Notes under the pieces: generated by a model
Seen by the model: only the letters and a program-made list of their open reading frames with translations
What the model was told of the DNA's origin: nothing
Database searches by the model: none
Position numbers and translations under genes: made by a program
Assembly (NCBI RefSeq): GCF_001194135.2
Contig: NC_068981.1
Span: 169,576,160 to 169,615,543 of the forward strand
DNA: 39,384 nucleotides
Direction: 5' to 3'
DNA from: Octopus bimaculoides
Lineage: Eukaryota
Shown: positions 1 to 12,310 of the stretch, one piece after another
Layout of the letters: every line of letters starts with the position of its first letter
Numbering within the stretch: position 1 is the first letter of the stretch

Positions 1-317
1 TAAAAGGAATTTTATTTAACAAACTGTGACACTAAAGACCGAGGTTACCGTGGTCTTTTCGTAGGTTTTTCTTTCCACGGATAACCTTCCCATTTATTGG
101 GAATTTTTTGTATTATTTCGTATTTTTTGTAAATACCCCAAACGTTTTGCGATGTTTTTTGTTTTTTTTTTTGTTTTTCATCGTTGTCCCCACTTTTCAT
201 CGTTGTCCCCACTTTTCATCGTTGTCCCCACTTTGTTTTCGACCCCCTCGAAAAGAAAAACTCTACATTTGTATTTTGTTCACTCTGTGTTGAGCCCTGT
301 GTGGCTAATAAAGAAAC

Positions 318-318
<1 letters not shown>
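1..318 (+). mobile_element. 3' end of a Tx1/L1-like LINE (possible last ORF2 codons, 3'UTR, polyA signal), running into (TATC)n
   Basis: KGILFNKL* at the window start, then a U-rich UTR ending GCCCTGTGTGGCTAATAAAGAAACC (294-318). This closely matches the 3' end of the Tx1-like element at 39301-39324. Confidence 0.65.
175..231 (+). repeat. 3 x 19-bp tandem repeat TTTTCATCGTTGTCCCCAC
   Basis: Three exact units at 175-193, 194-212 and 213-231. Confidence 0.95.

Positions 319-374
<56 letters not shown>
319..374 (+). repeat. (TATC)14 microsatellite
   Basis: Read directly from the sequence. Confidence 0.97.
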
Positions 375-999
375 ATGTCGTGATAAGAAAATTTCTGTTG
401 GACCCCTTCATTTCAAAATGTACCGCCGGTTCTTTCTTTAAACTGCAGTTTGTCAATTTGAATGTGTCCCAATATTTAGCAAAGTCTCCTAACACCACTC
501 CTCCTATAAATTAACAACTTTCTTGCTGTTACTTCTACTAACACATACTCGTATCCAATTCAAGCTGATCATCATATTTGGTATTCTTCCCATACCAATG
601 TATCATCGACATGCAACGAGCTCATCTCACGCCAAGTATTTCTGACTAACAGAATGCTTGATTTAATATCTTGTAAACAACTGTCGAGGAGTATGAAAAT
701 TTATTCTCTTTCAATAAAACAAAGACACATTCATTACTCGTATCAAAGAAACACTTTTGTTCTTCATCCTCTCTAATTATAAACAACAAATAATTAAATA
801 TCTTAAACTTAATATACAAATACTTAATGCTTCCTCAAAAGGAGCTGTAGCTTACAGAGTCATAATGATTTACTCACCAACTTATTTGGGTATCTTACAA
901 AAGTTCTTCCCCTCTCTTTCTCTTCTATCGCTAATACATCTTTGATTGAATTATGAGAGTATTTTTTTTCCACTTAGACACTGAACGAGACATATTCAC

Positions 1000-2640
1000 C
1001 CAAATTTAACTCTCCAGACTGCAACCCTATGGTATTTTCTGAACCTCTTTATCTTCCATGTAGATATCGATCCATTAATAATTGAAGTGATCACCCAATG
1101 TATTAATTTCACCAGTGTATCAGAACTTGAAAAGATAATTAGCACATCCACCCTGTTCACTCATTTATTATAAAAATATAATAAGAATTTGATGGCTATT
1201 CGATCTTAAAATTATCATAAAATACTAAGGTAACTGTCCCATTCCAAAACATTTATGTATTGACCTTATTCATATAGCAACAATTTAAACTGTGATTGGT
1301 AGCGCTCTGGTAACAGTGTTCCAGTCTCTTCGTATATCAGGTAGTCAGATGTCCAATGTGTGTTTTAAATAGCTTTTTTCACATCTAATATCTCTGCCTA
1401 CTCGGAATTTGCTATGGTTACACCTTCGTGTGTAATGTTATACAAAAATACAATAACACAAACGCATCTTATAATTTACTTCGTGCTGGAATGGCAGTAC
1501 CAATTGCTATTTATCAATGAGCCCTTAGAATTTTCTGTTAACGTTATATTGAACGTATAATAGGTACAATGCAAGAACATACAGCAGTATCAGCTCTAAA
1601 AATGATAACCAAAATCCATGTTATAATCTGAAATTTAGCAACGAATTTCAAATCTTTGACTCAGTTCATTACAATTAGAATAACGTTATCGGTGTTGCTT
1701 GGTTCTTAGAATGATACAAATAGTTAATTCATGAAAAAATAAGGAAAATCAACGCTGCCAGTGATTAACTGTCATTAGTTTTTGTATGATAACCTGGCAT
1801 AACGAAAACTTTACTAATTATATTATAGCTAGAGTTATTATCAAATGCAGATCTAGCAATTCAATGATGCAGCAGCTCTATGATCGCTCCCCGAAGATGA
1901 AATAGCAACCTAATCACCTGCACGCTAAGTAAAAAAGATGCACTGATTGATATAGTCAAGAATGTATTGTTCCTGAAAACAAAATAGTCTGGTCATTAAC
2001 CATTGCTGGAATGTCTTTTCCTATAGATTCGCCTAATTAAATTCGATATAAGGTTAAGCAATGCGAGCAACATCTGTACAACCCAAATAATATATGCTTA
2101 TTAATATTAACACTTACCAATCTGGACATAAATATAAATTTCTTGAATTACACTTACCTACAAAAGATACAAAAAAAAATGTTAGAATATTATAAATATC
2201 CAAAGTCAAATATATCAATATTTATATTCATTAAAAAAAAAAAACAATTATGAGAGAAGGGATTAACGCTCGAGTAATGATAGAAAGTTATAGATAATAT
2301 CTTAGTAATGGCGTGGCTTTGTCTGGTAGCACAATAATAGAACATGCAAGTAGTTTCACAATGACGTTAAGTTGGAACATGTGTGTAGTTGAAGAGAAAG
2401 AAGTATTCACAATATCAAGAAGCATCATAAAATTTTTCATAAATTAAAATAGGTGGAGATAAGCAGTCTGAAAGTCACACTGTAGATGTAAATTAATTCA
2501 AAATATGTTGAATTTTATTTGCAAAACTTATAGTTGATGAAGTCCTAAGTAAAGAGCAGTATATAATGTTGACGAAATTGCATTGTATTGGTGATGTACA
2601 CTTAAGGAACCATTGTGAACAGAAGACAAATAAAGCTTTC
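1000..2640 (-). mobile_element. Highly decayed CR1/L2-like LINE RT remnant, interrupted
   Basis: Scattered minus-strand peptides (QCDFQTAY, IVLPDKA, FRADTAV, KLFKTHIG...KRLEHCYQSAT, HRVAVW) fall in the order of CR1 RT motifs (QHGFR, DFSKAFD, FADDT, LYK..LE.VQRRAT, RVV..W). Many stops and frameshifts. Confidence 0.35.
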
Positions 2641-5299
2641 AGGGTGTCGCGGACAAAGTTGCCATCTTAAGATGCATAGGAAGCTTAAACGCAACAGGTA
2701 CACACATATGTAAGTCCTTGGTAATAGGAAAAAAGTACATGTCCAAGATTTCTTGAAAGATGTTAAATCTTACTCATAACATTTGGTACAAATTAAAATC
2801 GCTTGTCTACAACAAGTATTATTCTAGAATGATTTGAAAATGTTTTTGAGTCAGAAACTCGAGCACACTGCACCCCCGTAGGGCTACCAGCATAATGCAA
2901 AATTCTTATTTTGCACACGTGTATAGATATGTTAATCTAATGCACACCTACCTGCATTTAATTTATTGAATTACATTTCATATGTATCTTTTGAATTTAT
3001 ATTTCTAGCAATTCATGATACTTTAGACTTTCGTGAGGTGTAGAATCAGTAGATTACAGGTGTGTTATTAGAGGTATGTTTCATTCGTATTGAAGCATTA
3101 AATCCTTGAAGATTTTGAAACACACACAAGCAAAAAGACAAACACACACATACACACACACACACTTATATATATATNNNNNNNNNNNNNNNNNNNNNNN
3201 NNNNNNNNNNNNNNNNNNNNNNNNNNNNNNNNNNNNNNNNNNNNNNNNNNNNNNNNNNNNNNNNNNNNNNNNNNNNNNNNNNNNNNNNNNNNNNNNNNNN
3301 NNNNNNNNNNNNNNNNNNNNNNNNNNNNNNNNNNNNNNNNNNNNNNNNNNNNNNNNNNNNNNNNNNNNNNNNNNNNNNNNNNNNNNNNNNNNNNNNNNNN
3401 NNNNNNNNNNNNNNNNNNNNNNNNNNNNNNNNNNNNNNNNNNNNNNNNNNNNNNNNNNNNNNNNNNNNNNNNNNNNNNNNNNNNNNNNNNNNNNNNNNNN
3501 NNNNNNNNNNNNNNNNNNNNNNNNNNNNNNNNNNNNNNNNNNNNNNNNNNNNNNNNNNNNNNNNNNNNNNNNNNNNNNNNNNNNNNNNNNNNNNNNNNNN
3601 NNNNNNNNNNNNNNNNNNNNNNNNNNNNNNNNNNNNNNNNNNNNNNNNNNNNNNNNNNNNNNNNNNNNNNNNNNNNNNNNNNNNNNNNNNNNNNNNNNNN
3701 NNNNNNNNNNNNNNNNNNNNNNNNNNNNNNNNNNNNNNNNNNNNNNNNNNNNNNNNNNNNNNNNNNNNNNNNNNNNNNNNNNNNNATATATATATATATA
3801 TATATACATGTACATATATATATGTGTGTGTGTATATATATATACATATAGGTACGCACACACACGCACATATATGTTTGTGTGTGCGCGTGTGTGTGTG
3901 TGTGCGTGCGCGTATAAATATTTATATATATACGCATATTTACGTATGCTTATATATTGTATATGTATATAATGAACGAGTGAAGAGATGTATTTGCATA
4001 TGTATGCATATATCTTTTTACTGTATGAACAATTCCAATTTTGCTTCATAACGATAGCACACGCACAGATAAATGCTGCTCTATAAATTAGATCTTCAGG
4101 TAAAAGTTATCGATTTCCCAAAATCAAGCGAACATTTATTTATTTTCAACTACTTTACTTCTGTCAAACAATCTCTCTGATTTGAATTTATAGCCTTGAA
4201 CTGGGACATTATTAATGTCTATTAAGGAGAATGGTAGAGTTTCTGACAATAATTCGCTGGTCTAAAAGCCATACAATATCTACTCATATCTTCGACTTAC
4301 GTTGAAGTGTTCGTACCTTGCCAGAATCGGATATTGTGTGCCATATTTATGGGTAGCTTAAATATGTACCTGTCATATTTTGTATAAATCCTGTTAGCTA
4401 TACAACATAGCACACACAATATTTAGTTTTAGCTAAGCAGATGTTTTATTTTCTGTATGGCATTCCTTCTTCAATCCCCTTGTTCAGAGCTCGGATCGCA
4501 TATAATTTTGATGAGCACATAGAATATACAGCAAATGTTTCCAATTTCTCATTCAAAACATACTCTGTCTGATTTAGTCAACAACAGAGTCACTAAATAC
4601 TCGTGATACGTGTTACAAATATGAACCAAATCTCCCTTATACATCACGCATTTTCGTCAATAAAACTTTCATAAAATCTTTGAAATGTTACCGAAGAATT
4701 ATATAACCACTCTAAACACTGCCTATACCTATCCATCGTTTATGTGTGTATGTGAGTGTACATATATATATATATATATATANNNNNNNNNNNNNNNNNN
4801 NNNNNNNNNNNNNNNNNNNNNNNNNNNNNNNNNNNNNNNNNNNNNNNNNNNNNNNNNNNNNNNNNNNNNNNNNNNNNNNNNNNNNNNNNNNNNNNNNNNN
4901 NNNNNNNNNNATATATATACATGTACATGTGAGACAGTCAAAATAGTACATAATAGAGTGTTTCTACACAATTTAAACACCGCTGCGACTTACGTTAGCG
5001 CTACTCGGATTCTTGGATGTAGACACGTTAGGCAGTATTGAAAATATCTTAGTAATTTCAAATGATAAAATATTTGACACTTTATATAAATTTTGAACGG
5101 CTGTGATAGATCGAAAATTAATACATAAATTAAATGGTCACAATTAATTCATGTGTTACTTTGAAGTAGGTGCTAAGGAACCAGATGCTTTAAGTGATGG
5201 TGTGTTGATGGCGTAGAAGTTGTTTGTGCGAAACGGAAAAAAAATTGAAGAGGCTAGATATTTTGTTCTATTTTGATAAAATATTGAATCAAATTTGAG

Positions 5300-5990
5300 A
5301 TCTTGTATCTTTCTGTAGACATACGAATTGGTATTTATTGAAGACTGACATAAGACATTACATCAAGAAACCTTAATATCGGAAGCAAAAAACGTTATGA
5401 GAACCATACTTATGTGGAACTGAAAAATGGACATTAATATATAAGGAACATAGCTGTGAGATATGGGGATACTGAACAATGTTGAACACATGGTTTAAAC
5501 ACAAAACCCAAACATGCAGTACTTAAAATGTATCACAAGAACAACCACTACCGAACCCAGAAAAATAATAAAAACACTATCTATAGTCCACTATATGTGG
5601 AGATGAAAAATTTATATCATAAAATGATTACATGCCTTCATGATGTGGGCATATCTGTTTTGAGAATAACAACGATAAAAAAATTACAACAGAAGAAACG
5701 ATGAAGTATTAAAAGAGGCAAAATACTTAAAAAATATTCTAACAAAATCAAATAGAAAATATCTACAATAAATAGACCATAAGTAGAAAATAGGATAGTG
5801 TACAGGCTTAGTTAACTGAAGATAAAGATGAAGGGAAAGAGAGGAAAAGAGAAAGATTTAGGTTCTTGGATAATATACAAAACTGGACAAGCTCAAAATA
5901 CTGAACATACATTAAATGTATATGCATAAGAATAGCAAAAGCAAGAACAAGATGCTGATTAAGAGGATGACGATATTTGTTGGTGATAAG
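5300..5990 (+). mobile_element. Decayed RTE-clade LINE, 3' part of ORF2
   Basis: Peptides AFMMWAY, LRIT...RRNDEVLKEA and EDKDEGKERKRERFRFLDNIQNWT match the RTE C-terminal consensus (AFEMWCYR, LRISW..TNEEVL, EGKVEGKRGRGRPR..WLD.IK.WT). Confidence 0.65.
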
Positions 5991-6317
5991 AAAGGCTCCT
6001 CTCCCAGCACCTTATCACAACCTATCAGTTTACCAAACACTCTACACTCTTGAAGGAAACGTACGTTTCAGACTGATCTTTTTAAACCAGTAATTTAGTG
6101 CAACACTTCTATAACTAGATCGGCAACATAGTCTAACATTCCATAAATATATCCTTCCTCAATTATTTTGTAATTATGAGCCAGATGTATATCATTTGTT
6201 AATTGTTTCACGTGTACCATTTGAGATTAGTGAAAATACGCAGCGATAAAATCATGTACATACATACATACATACATACATACATACACACACATATATA
6301 GATACATGTAGTATATG

Positions 6318-6357
<40 letters not shown>

Positions 6358-6580
6358 NNNNNNNNNNNNNNNNNNNNNNNNNNNNNNNNNNNNNNNNNNN
6401 NNNNNNNNNNNNNNNNNNNNNNNNNNNNNNNNNNNNNNNNNNNNNNNNNNNNNNNNNNNNNNNNNNNNNNNNNNNNNNNNATATATATGTGTGTGTGCGT
6501 GTATGTGTGTGTATGTATGTATCTAGTGTATTTTCACCACGCTCGCCTTTCACACATTAAACAATTATATATACATATAC

Positions 6581-6684
6581 TTTATTTAAAAGCAGCAGAA
6601 ATATAACTTTAGACTGTCCGATGAACGGGAACGTGAAACTCCGAGTAACAGTTTTTAGTTATATTTCTGCTGCTTTTAAATAAA
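6581..6684. repeat. Perfect 28-bp inverted repeat with a 48-bp spacer
   Basis: TTTATTTAAAAGCAGCAGAAATATAACT (6581-6608) is the exact reverse complement of 6657-6684. Confidence 0.97.
6611..6654 (+). ncRNA. Minimal type I hammerhead ribozyme motif (U4C core variant), Penelope-like terminal-repeat type
   Basis: Stem I AGACTGT/ACAGTTT (one G-U); core CCGATGA (6618-6624); stem II ACG-GGAA-CGT; GAAA (6635-6638); stem III ACTC-C-GAGT; GUA cleavage triplet (6645-6647). Confidence 0.75.
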
Positions 6685-6755
6685 ACATATTACTCTACCT
6701 CTGGTATTTGAGTACTCTTTTTGGCACCTCGTTGCACATTTATGTGCTTACTCCG

Positions 6756-6756
<1 letters not shown>

Positions 6757-6816
<60 letters not shown>
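6757..6816 (+). repeat. (TATC)n microsatellite
   Basis: Read directly from the sequence. Confidence 0.95.
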
Positions 6817-6817
<1 letters not shown>

Positions 6818-6894
6818 ATCGTATATATTCGCCATGTTGGACCGGTGAAATCTACAAGTTTTTTACATTCTCTCGCTATTTACTTTTTCTTATT

Positions 6895-6932
6895 CCTTTC
6901 CGATGAAGAGCGTAGGCTCGAAATGTATAACA
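6895..6932 (+). ncRNA. Degenerate minimal hammerhead motif
   Basis: CCGATGA (6900-6906), A, stem II GAGC-GTAG-GCTC, GAAA, TGTA (probably ACGT with C>T). Stem I is largely broken. A U-rich tail follows to ~7020. Confidence 0.55.
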
Positions 6933-7019
6933 CCTTTTCATTTTTACAGAGCGTCAAACTAATACACTTCCTTGTTGTTCATACACCTGTATTCGTCTTT
7001 TGTTTTTCTATAAATTTCG

Positions 7020-7077
<58 letters not shown>

Positions 7078-7099
7078 NNNNNNNNNNNNNNNNNNNNNN

Positions 7100-7158
<59 letters not shown>

Positions 7159-7199
7159 ATATGTACATATGTGTGAATGGCACAGATATTTAATCATTT

Positions 7200-7560
7200 T
7201 ATTTCGAATCGGAGTGTTATTGCTGTTTGAAATGTGATGCGTTATAGTGTCATTGATGTTGATTCTTCCAATCTTTCTCCCGTGATGTTTTTCTTTGTAT
7301 CCAGCCGTAATATATTTAGAAATACATTATGAAATGTCTGTAATATTCGTATGTCCGTTTACTTTGTCGGTAACTTTGAATAATTTATCTATGTCTAACT
7401 AATGAAAAATTTTCGCTCGCTTTGTAAGTAAGAGTGTATATTTTCATTTTATTTCGTCTGTTTGGGGATTTGGAAAATATTGGTAGGATCGTGTTGGGTT
7501 ACGGAAAACCTGTATATCAAAGATGTAGAAAAATATAAAAATTCGTTTTGGCAACCCGTG
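7200..7560 (-). mobile_element. Possible decayed Penelope-like RT-to-endonuclease linker
   Basis: Peptides PIFSKS, FSLVRH and DKLFK..KV..TNI..IS loosely follow the Penelope PPFSKSV/F..LDKHF/KIFN..K.SYS..N linker. Confidence 0.3.
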
Positions 7561-7918
7561 AGTTTTTCAAGATCTTAAGGAAAATATCAAATTTGACACT
7601 CTTGCGTTGTGCATATCATTCGACATGATATTTATGCCATGGCTTCTTAATTTCTTTCCTGGTGGATTCCTTAGAAGTTTTATTTCGATTCTTGTTAGAT
7701 GTTTCCTATTGAAAATAGTGTCCACGTACATAAATAACCTTAAAAATATTAACTCATAAATTTTACACACACACATACACACGCATGTGTATGTGAGTGT
7801 GTGTACACACATACACTCATATATATGTGAACACATACGTATATGTCTGTTTGAATATCAGTATGTGTATGCCTGCATATAATATGTATTATTTACTACC
7901 ATGGATCGGGAATCATAA

Positions 7919-8050
7919 TGCAGGAGGTGTGTTTGATAAGTTTTGAGCCGTCAAGGCTCAAAGGCCTTGAATTCTTGTACCGTCATCAGAAATCTTCTAC
8001 CATGTCTTTTTTTTTTTTGAAGCTCAAGATTTTTCACTCACCCCTCGTAT
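7919..8050. mobile_element. Possible ~130-bp mariner-derived MITE
   Basis: The right end reads TACGAGGGGTGAGTGAAAAATCTTGAGC on the minus strand (mariner-like terminus with TA). The left end TGCAGGAGGTGTGTTTGATAAGTTTTGAGC is a degenerate match. Confidence 0.35.
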
Positions 8051-8499
8051 ATCTGAAATCAAATTTGGATAGGGATATTATGATAAATATTTTTATTACG
8101 AGGATGACTCTAGTTCCATTATCTTCTTCACCTCTTCTTCCGTGTTTTACACATACACATAATTGTAACCAATAGATACATGTAAACAGCACAGACATCT
8201 TTATCTGCAAATTGATGTGTACAACAGTTGACATAATTGCCGTCGGTTGGCTTTTAGGTGGTAAGGAGATAGTATGTCTTCAACTAGCAGTCCATAGATG
8301 CTGATTTTGCCGTTTAAACATATGATGAACTCATATTTTAAAGTGAACTGCCGTTTATTAATATCGATGCTAATGAACTGAGTCTATACCTAGATCTGAC
8401 AAACACAAAGGACTACTTGTTCAGATGCAGTATAGGAGGCACACAGCTTCTGTCCCCACAAACCTTAAAGCTACAGTAGCCAGCGACACCCTTTATTAC

Positions 8500-9720
8500 A
8501 TATATTGTTAAAGGAGTGTCCTATAGGTGTGGACATTACTTGAGACATCAAAGTTTTTGCATGGTGTAGGGTGAAGAGGAAATATGACATATTAAATATA
8601 TACAATGTTATTAAATCCCTGCTTTGTCGATAAGTTGAAAACATCGTCCGACTGATGATAATAAGCAACATGAAATCTATATGTTCAAGCGACAACAGCT
8701 AGAAAAATCTATCCAAATTATTAGAAGTCTTAATTGAAGTAACCACATGGACATATGAACAGAGAATTCCCCACACTGGGTAACAATTATAAATAGAGAA
8801 CATGACCATCAGCGGAAAATTCAGACTGCATAATATAAGCACATTACAATTAAACCCAGTAAAGATATAATACAAAACTGAAACACAAACGAAATGAAAT
8901 GAAAAGTAGTCTGTTTCACCAGAAGGAAACGACAAAAAACTGTTCATCCTAATGGCAGAACACATAAGATTACTTTAGACTGTATTACAACTCTTCTAAC
9001 CTCATTAACTGCCGAGGCGTATGCATTAGGTTTTACTGCACATACAGTTATCTGTTTACACTCATATGAATAGCGTGGCGTAAGGATATCATGGAGACGT
9101 TGGATAAATATTCTAAAACATGATATAGATAAGGTATACTTCGTATCCTAAAATATTTTGTAATGGAATATGAGAAAAAAATATTACAATTTTAATTTCA
9201 CTAACGTCGGAAGTGTGTAAGTGATTTAATAATGTGATAGTCATTGATCCTATATACAATAGATAAGTAGCAAATCGATTTCAGAAAATCGTCAATGAAG
9301 CTAACTTTAAAAAAACAGGTCGGGGACCCAACACGGAGCTATCATATTCAATACCACAAAATCTTATGTATTTGACAGATACAACAGTAGAGGAAATTGC
9401 CTGATAAATGCCCCAAGCCATTATATTAACGTTGAAATCAATGCTGCTGTGTAAGGTCCTAAGAATAATTATCTGAAATACTCACAAAATCTTGCGTTGG
9501 AGAGAAACAGCCAATCGGATTAAAGAGAAAATATTCGGGGGCGTGTTATATAATAACGATATGAAGCAGATAAACATGCTGGACCCATCAAGAGACTTAG
9601 CATAAATAGCAAATCTACAATTCGTTATGATTGAATCATACGAAAGGTAACTGAATTAGAGTGAATACAAGAGTACAACGCTTCTATTAAATAGAAGTCC
9701 TAATAAAGCAACATGAATAC
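8500..9720 (+). mobile_element. Decayed Penelope-like element (RT C-terminal half plus GIY-YIG endonuclease)
   Basis: Ordered remnants YEQ, PTLGNNY (~SP.LANIYM), YYNSSN (~YL.F.S.HP), SYIQ*IS (~PYI.GIS), KSCVGE (~K.YVGET) and a terminal LLNR. Heavily frameshifted. Confidence 0.4.
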
Positions 9721-9806
9721 GCCATAATTACGGAGTACAGTCATTATTGTATATCCATAAAAATAAATTTTTCATACGCATATATGGATTTCTATCTATC
9801 TATCTC

Positions 9807-9885
<79 letters not shown>

Positions 9886-9995
9886 CTCTCTGTTCATCTA
9901 TCTTTATTTACATATGTCTATATGTCTACACACACTCACACACACACGCATACACACACGCGCACACAGAAATACAATCACTCACACACACACAT

Positions 9996-10555
9996 ATATA
10001 TTTTTCTTAACGTCATTAATATTCATAGTGGTTTTTTATTTGTATTTTCCCTCCCACGAACTTGGTGAAAGATTCGGAACATATATGTACTTATCTATTC
10101 TCTTAAAGTATATTTAAATAATAGCATGTGGTAGAAGTTATAGATTATATTATTACTCTATTGATGTATTAATTTTGTCTGTGTGTATTTATATATATAT
10201 ACGCATATATGGATTTCTATCTTCCAGTCAATCAATCAATCAATCAATCGATCAATCAATTTCTCTTTTCATCTATCTTTACGTACCTATGTCTACACAC
10301 ACTCACACACTTATACCCGTATATATGTATATATATATGTGCGTGTGTGTGTATAAGTGTGTGTGAGTGTGTGTGTAGACATATGTACGTAAAGATGGAT
10401 GAACAGAGAAATATATATCGGCCGAAAATGCAACGACGATCTGGAACTCGACTCACGATAGACAGGTCCAAGTGACCCATCCTTGTTTTTCTTGTCCTTT
10501 TTGTATCGTCTAGCTGTCCGGATGTTCTGTTGTCGCCTGTTCCATTTTTTGCTTT

Positions 10556-10590
<35 letters not shown>

Positions 10591-10631
10591 CAGATATAAA
10601 TATAGATAGATAGAAACAAATCCATACATGC

Positions 10632-10716
<85 letters not shown>

Positions 10717-10913
10717 TATATATGAACACAGCCAAAACTAATACATCATTACAGTAATAATATAATATATAAGTTCTACTACGGGCTACTATTTAAACAT
10801 AATTTAAGAGAATAGATAAGCACATATATGTGTTCCAAATCATTCACCAAGTTCGTGGGAGGGGAAATACAAATAAAAAGCTATGAATATTAATGGTGTT
10901 AAGAAAAATATAT
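9996..10913. repeat. ~920-bp nested inverted repeat (foldback)
   Basis: Outer arms ~9996-10190 and ~10720-10913 are reverse-complementary with scattered mismatches. Inner arms are ~10262-10318 and ~10350-10411. TACGCATATATGGATTTCTATCT occurs directly at ~9775 and ~10200 and inverted at ~10610-10635. Confidence 0.9.
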
Positions 10914-10949
10914 GAAAGAATAAAAATAGTACACGCAGTAAATTGGCAT

Positions 10950-12310
10950 GGTGCAGAGGTAGGAGAAGAGAATTAAATGCAAAGTTGATTTGCATCTGAA
11001 TGACACAAGAGACCCAGAGTTCAAAATCAACAATTTAAATAACCCAAAAGTCCAAAGTTCAAACAGAAACAATACAATAGAGATATAAGTCCGATGTTGA
11101 AAAGAAACTAATAAACAATCAAATCACTCACACACAAAAGGACAAGTAGCCTTTAAATAATAACTTAATATCTCAAAGTGATATGCTTAAAGAGGAACGT
11201 AATTATGAAAACCAGAAAATGTCAAAAGAACACGAAGAAAATAAACGTTTTATAAAATCTAATCAGAAACTGATTTTTCCCAAATACGCTGAAACTGCAA
11301 AATAGCAAGAGAAAAGAAGCGTGACACAACTTGGTAGACAATACTAAACCTAAATAAATGGAAATTGAGCATAACAAATTATCTTGTACTCTTTTATGCC
11401 CATATGACAAAGTGCTTTTCACGATCTAATCGTTTCATTCTCAGTATACTCCGTCAGATCCAGATATTTGCGAAACAAGCACGCTTAGATATGTGACATG
11501 AAATCATCAGCGTAATTAGCATAGCTAAAGAACTTGAGGAGATGTATTAACTAAGAGCTGATGTAGATCCGCCCCAAGGGACATTGGGAAAAGTCTATTG
11601 ATCAGAAGAGGACAATAATAGAATGAACCACTTCACTGATAAAATAGTACATAGGTACTTAGCACGAAAACCAGAAACTATAGAAATAATTGATCATTTC
11701 GGAAGCTTGGCATAGAATACTGGCAACTTTATGACATCCTACTTCGAATGCTACTTTTATGCAATTCAAGAACAGGAAAAAGCTTTGACAGACAACAAAT
11801 GTAGTGTGTGCAAAACCAAGACTGTAAGCATCAACCATATTATTCCGAACTGCGAGGGAATGTCTTCAAGATATTATTTTCCCGAGAGCCACGATGCGAT
11901 GGCAGAATAGCCTGGAACAAGATAATGAAAACGAAAACACCTACAGACAATGTTCACAACATTATGACTGATGGGTCAAAAGCATATTGGTGGAAATTAA
12001 AAAATTAAAACAAACAAGTTAAAGTATGACCGACCAGATATTGTTTGGGACCAAAGGGAACAGATATGTTGTGAAATCAGTAGCCCTTTCAGCACGTATT
12101 TGGTTGAAAATATACACGAGGAAGAGGACATCAATGGACCATTGATGAGAAGTTTGCAAATCCAGTACACTTTCAGGTTCATACCTAATATTGTTGGAAA
12201 AATAGGATACATAACAACCCGTCTGGAGCAAAGTATTGTTGCAATTATGTTCAGAAGGCAAATCATCAATTCATACACTACAAATGTTCATAATACCTGG
12301 GATTAGAAAA
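10950..12310 (+). mobile_element. Decayed RLE-type (R4-like) non-LTR retrotransposon with most of the RT apparently deleted
   Basis: Pre-RT motif RFIKSNQK (~11245-11270), then YAIQEQE, zinc knuckle CSVC...HIIPNC (11800-11853), SSRYY..SHD, YWW, RPDIV (12031) ...EISSP and GPLMRSLQ..FIPNIVG, i.e. the PD-(D/E)xK endonuclease region. Confidence 0.75.

Noticed and set aside
175-231. CRISPR-like array
   Set aside because: The repeats are contiguous with no spacers, in a eukaryotic LINE UTR.
8652-8685. CTGATGA...GAAA as a hammerhead
   Set aside because: The intervening TAATAAGCAACAT forms no stem II, and there is no stem I or III.
10419-10560. Unique insert within the foldback, resembling a PLE terminal repeat (GC-richer head, U-rich tail)
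   Set aside because: No intact hammerhead core can be drawn.
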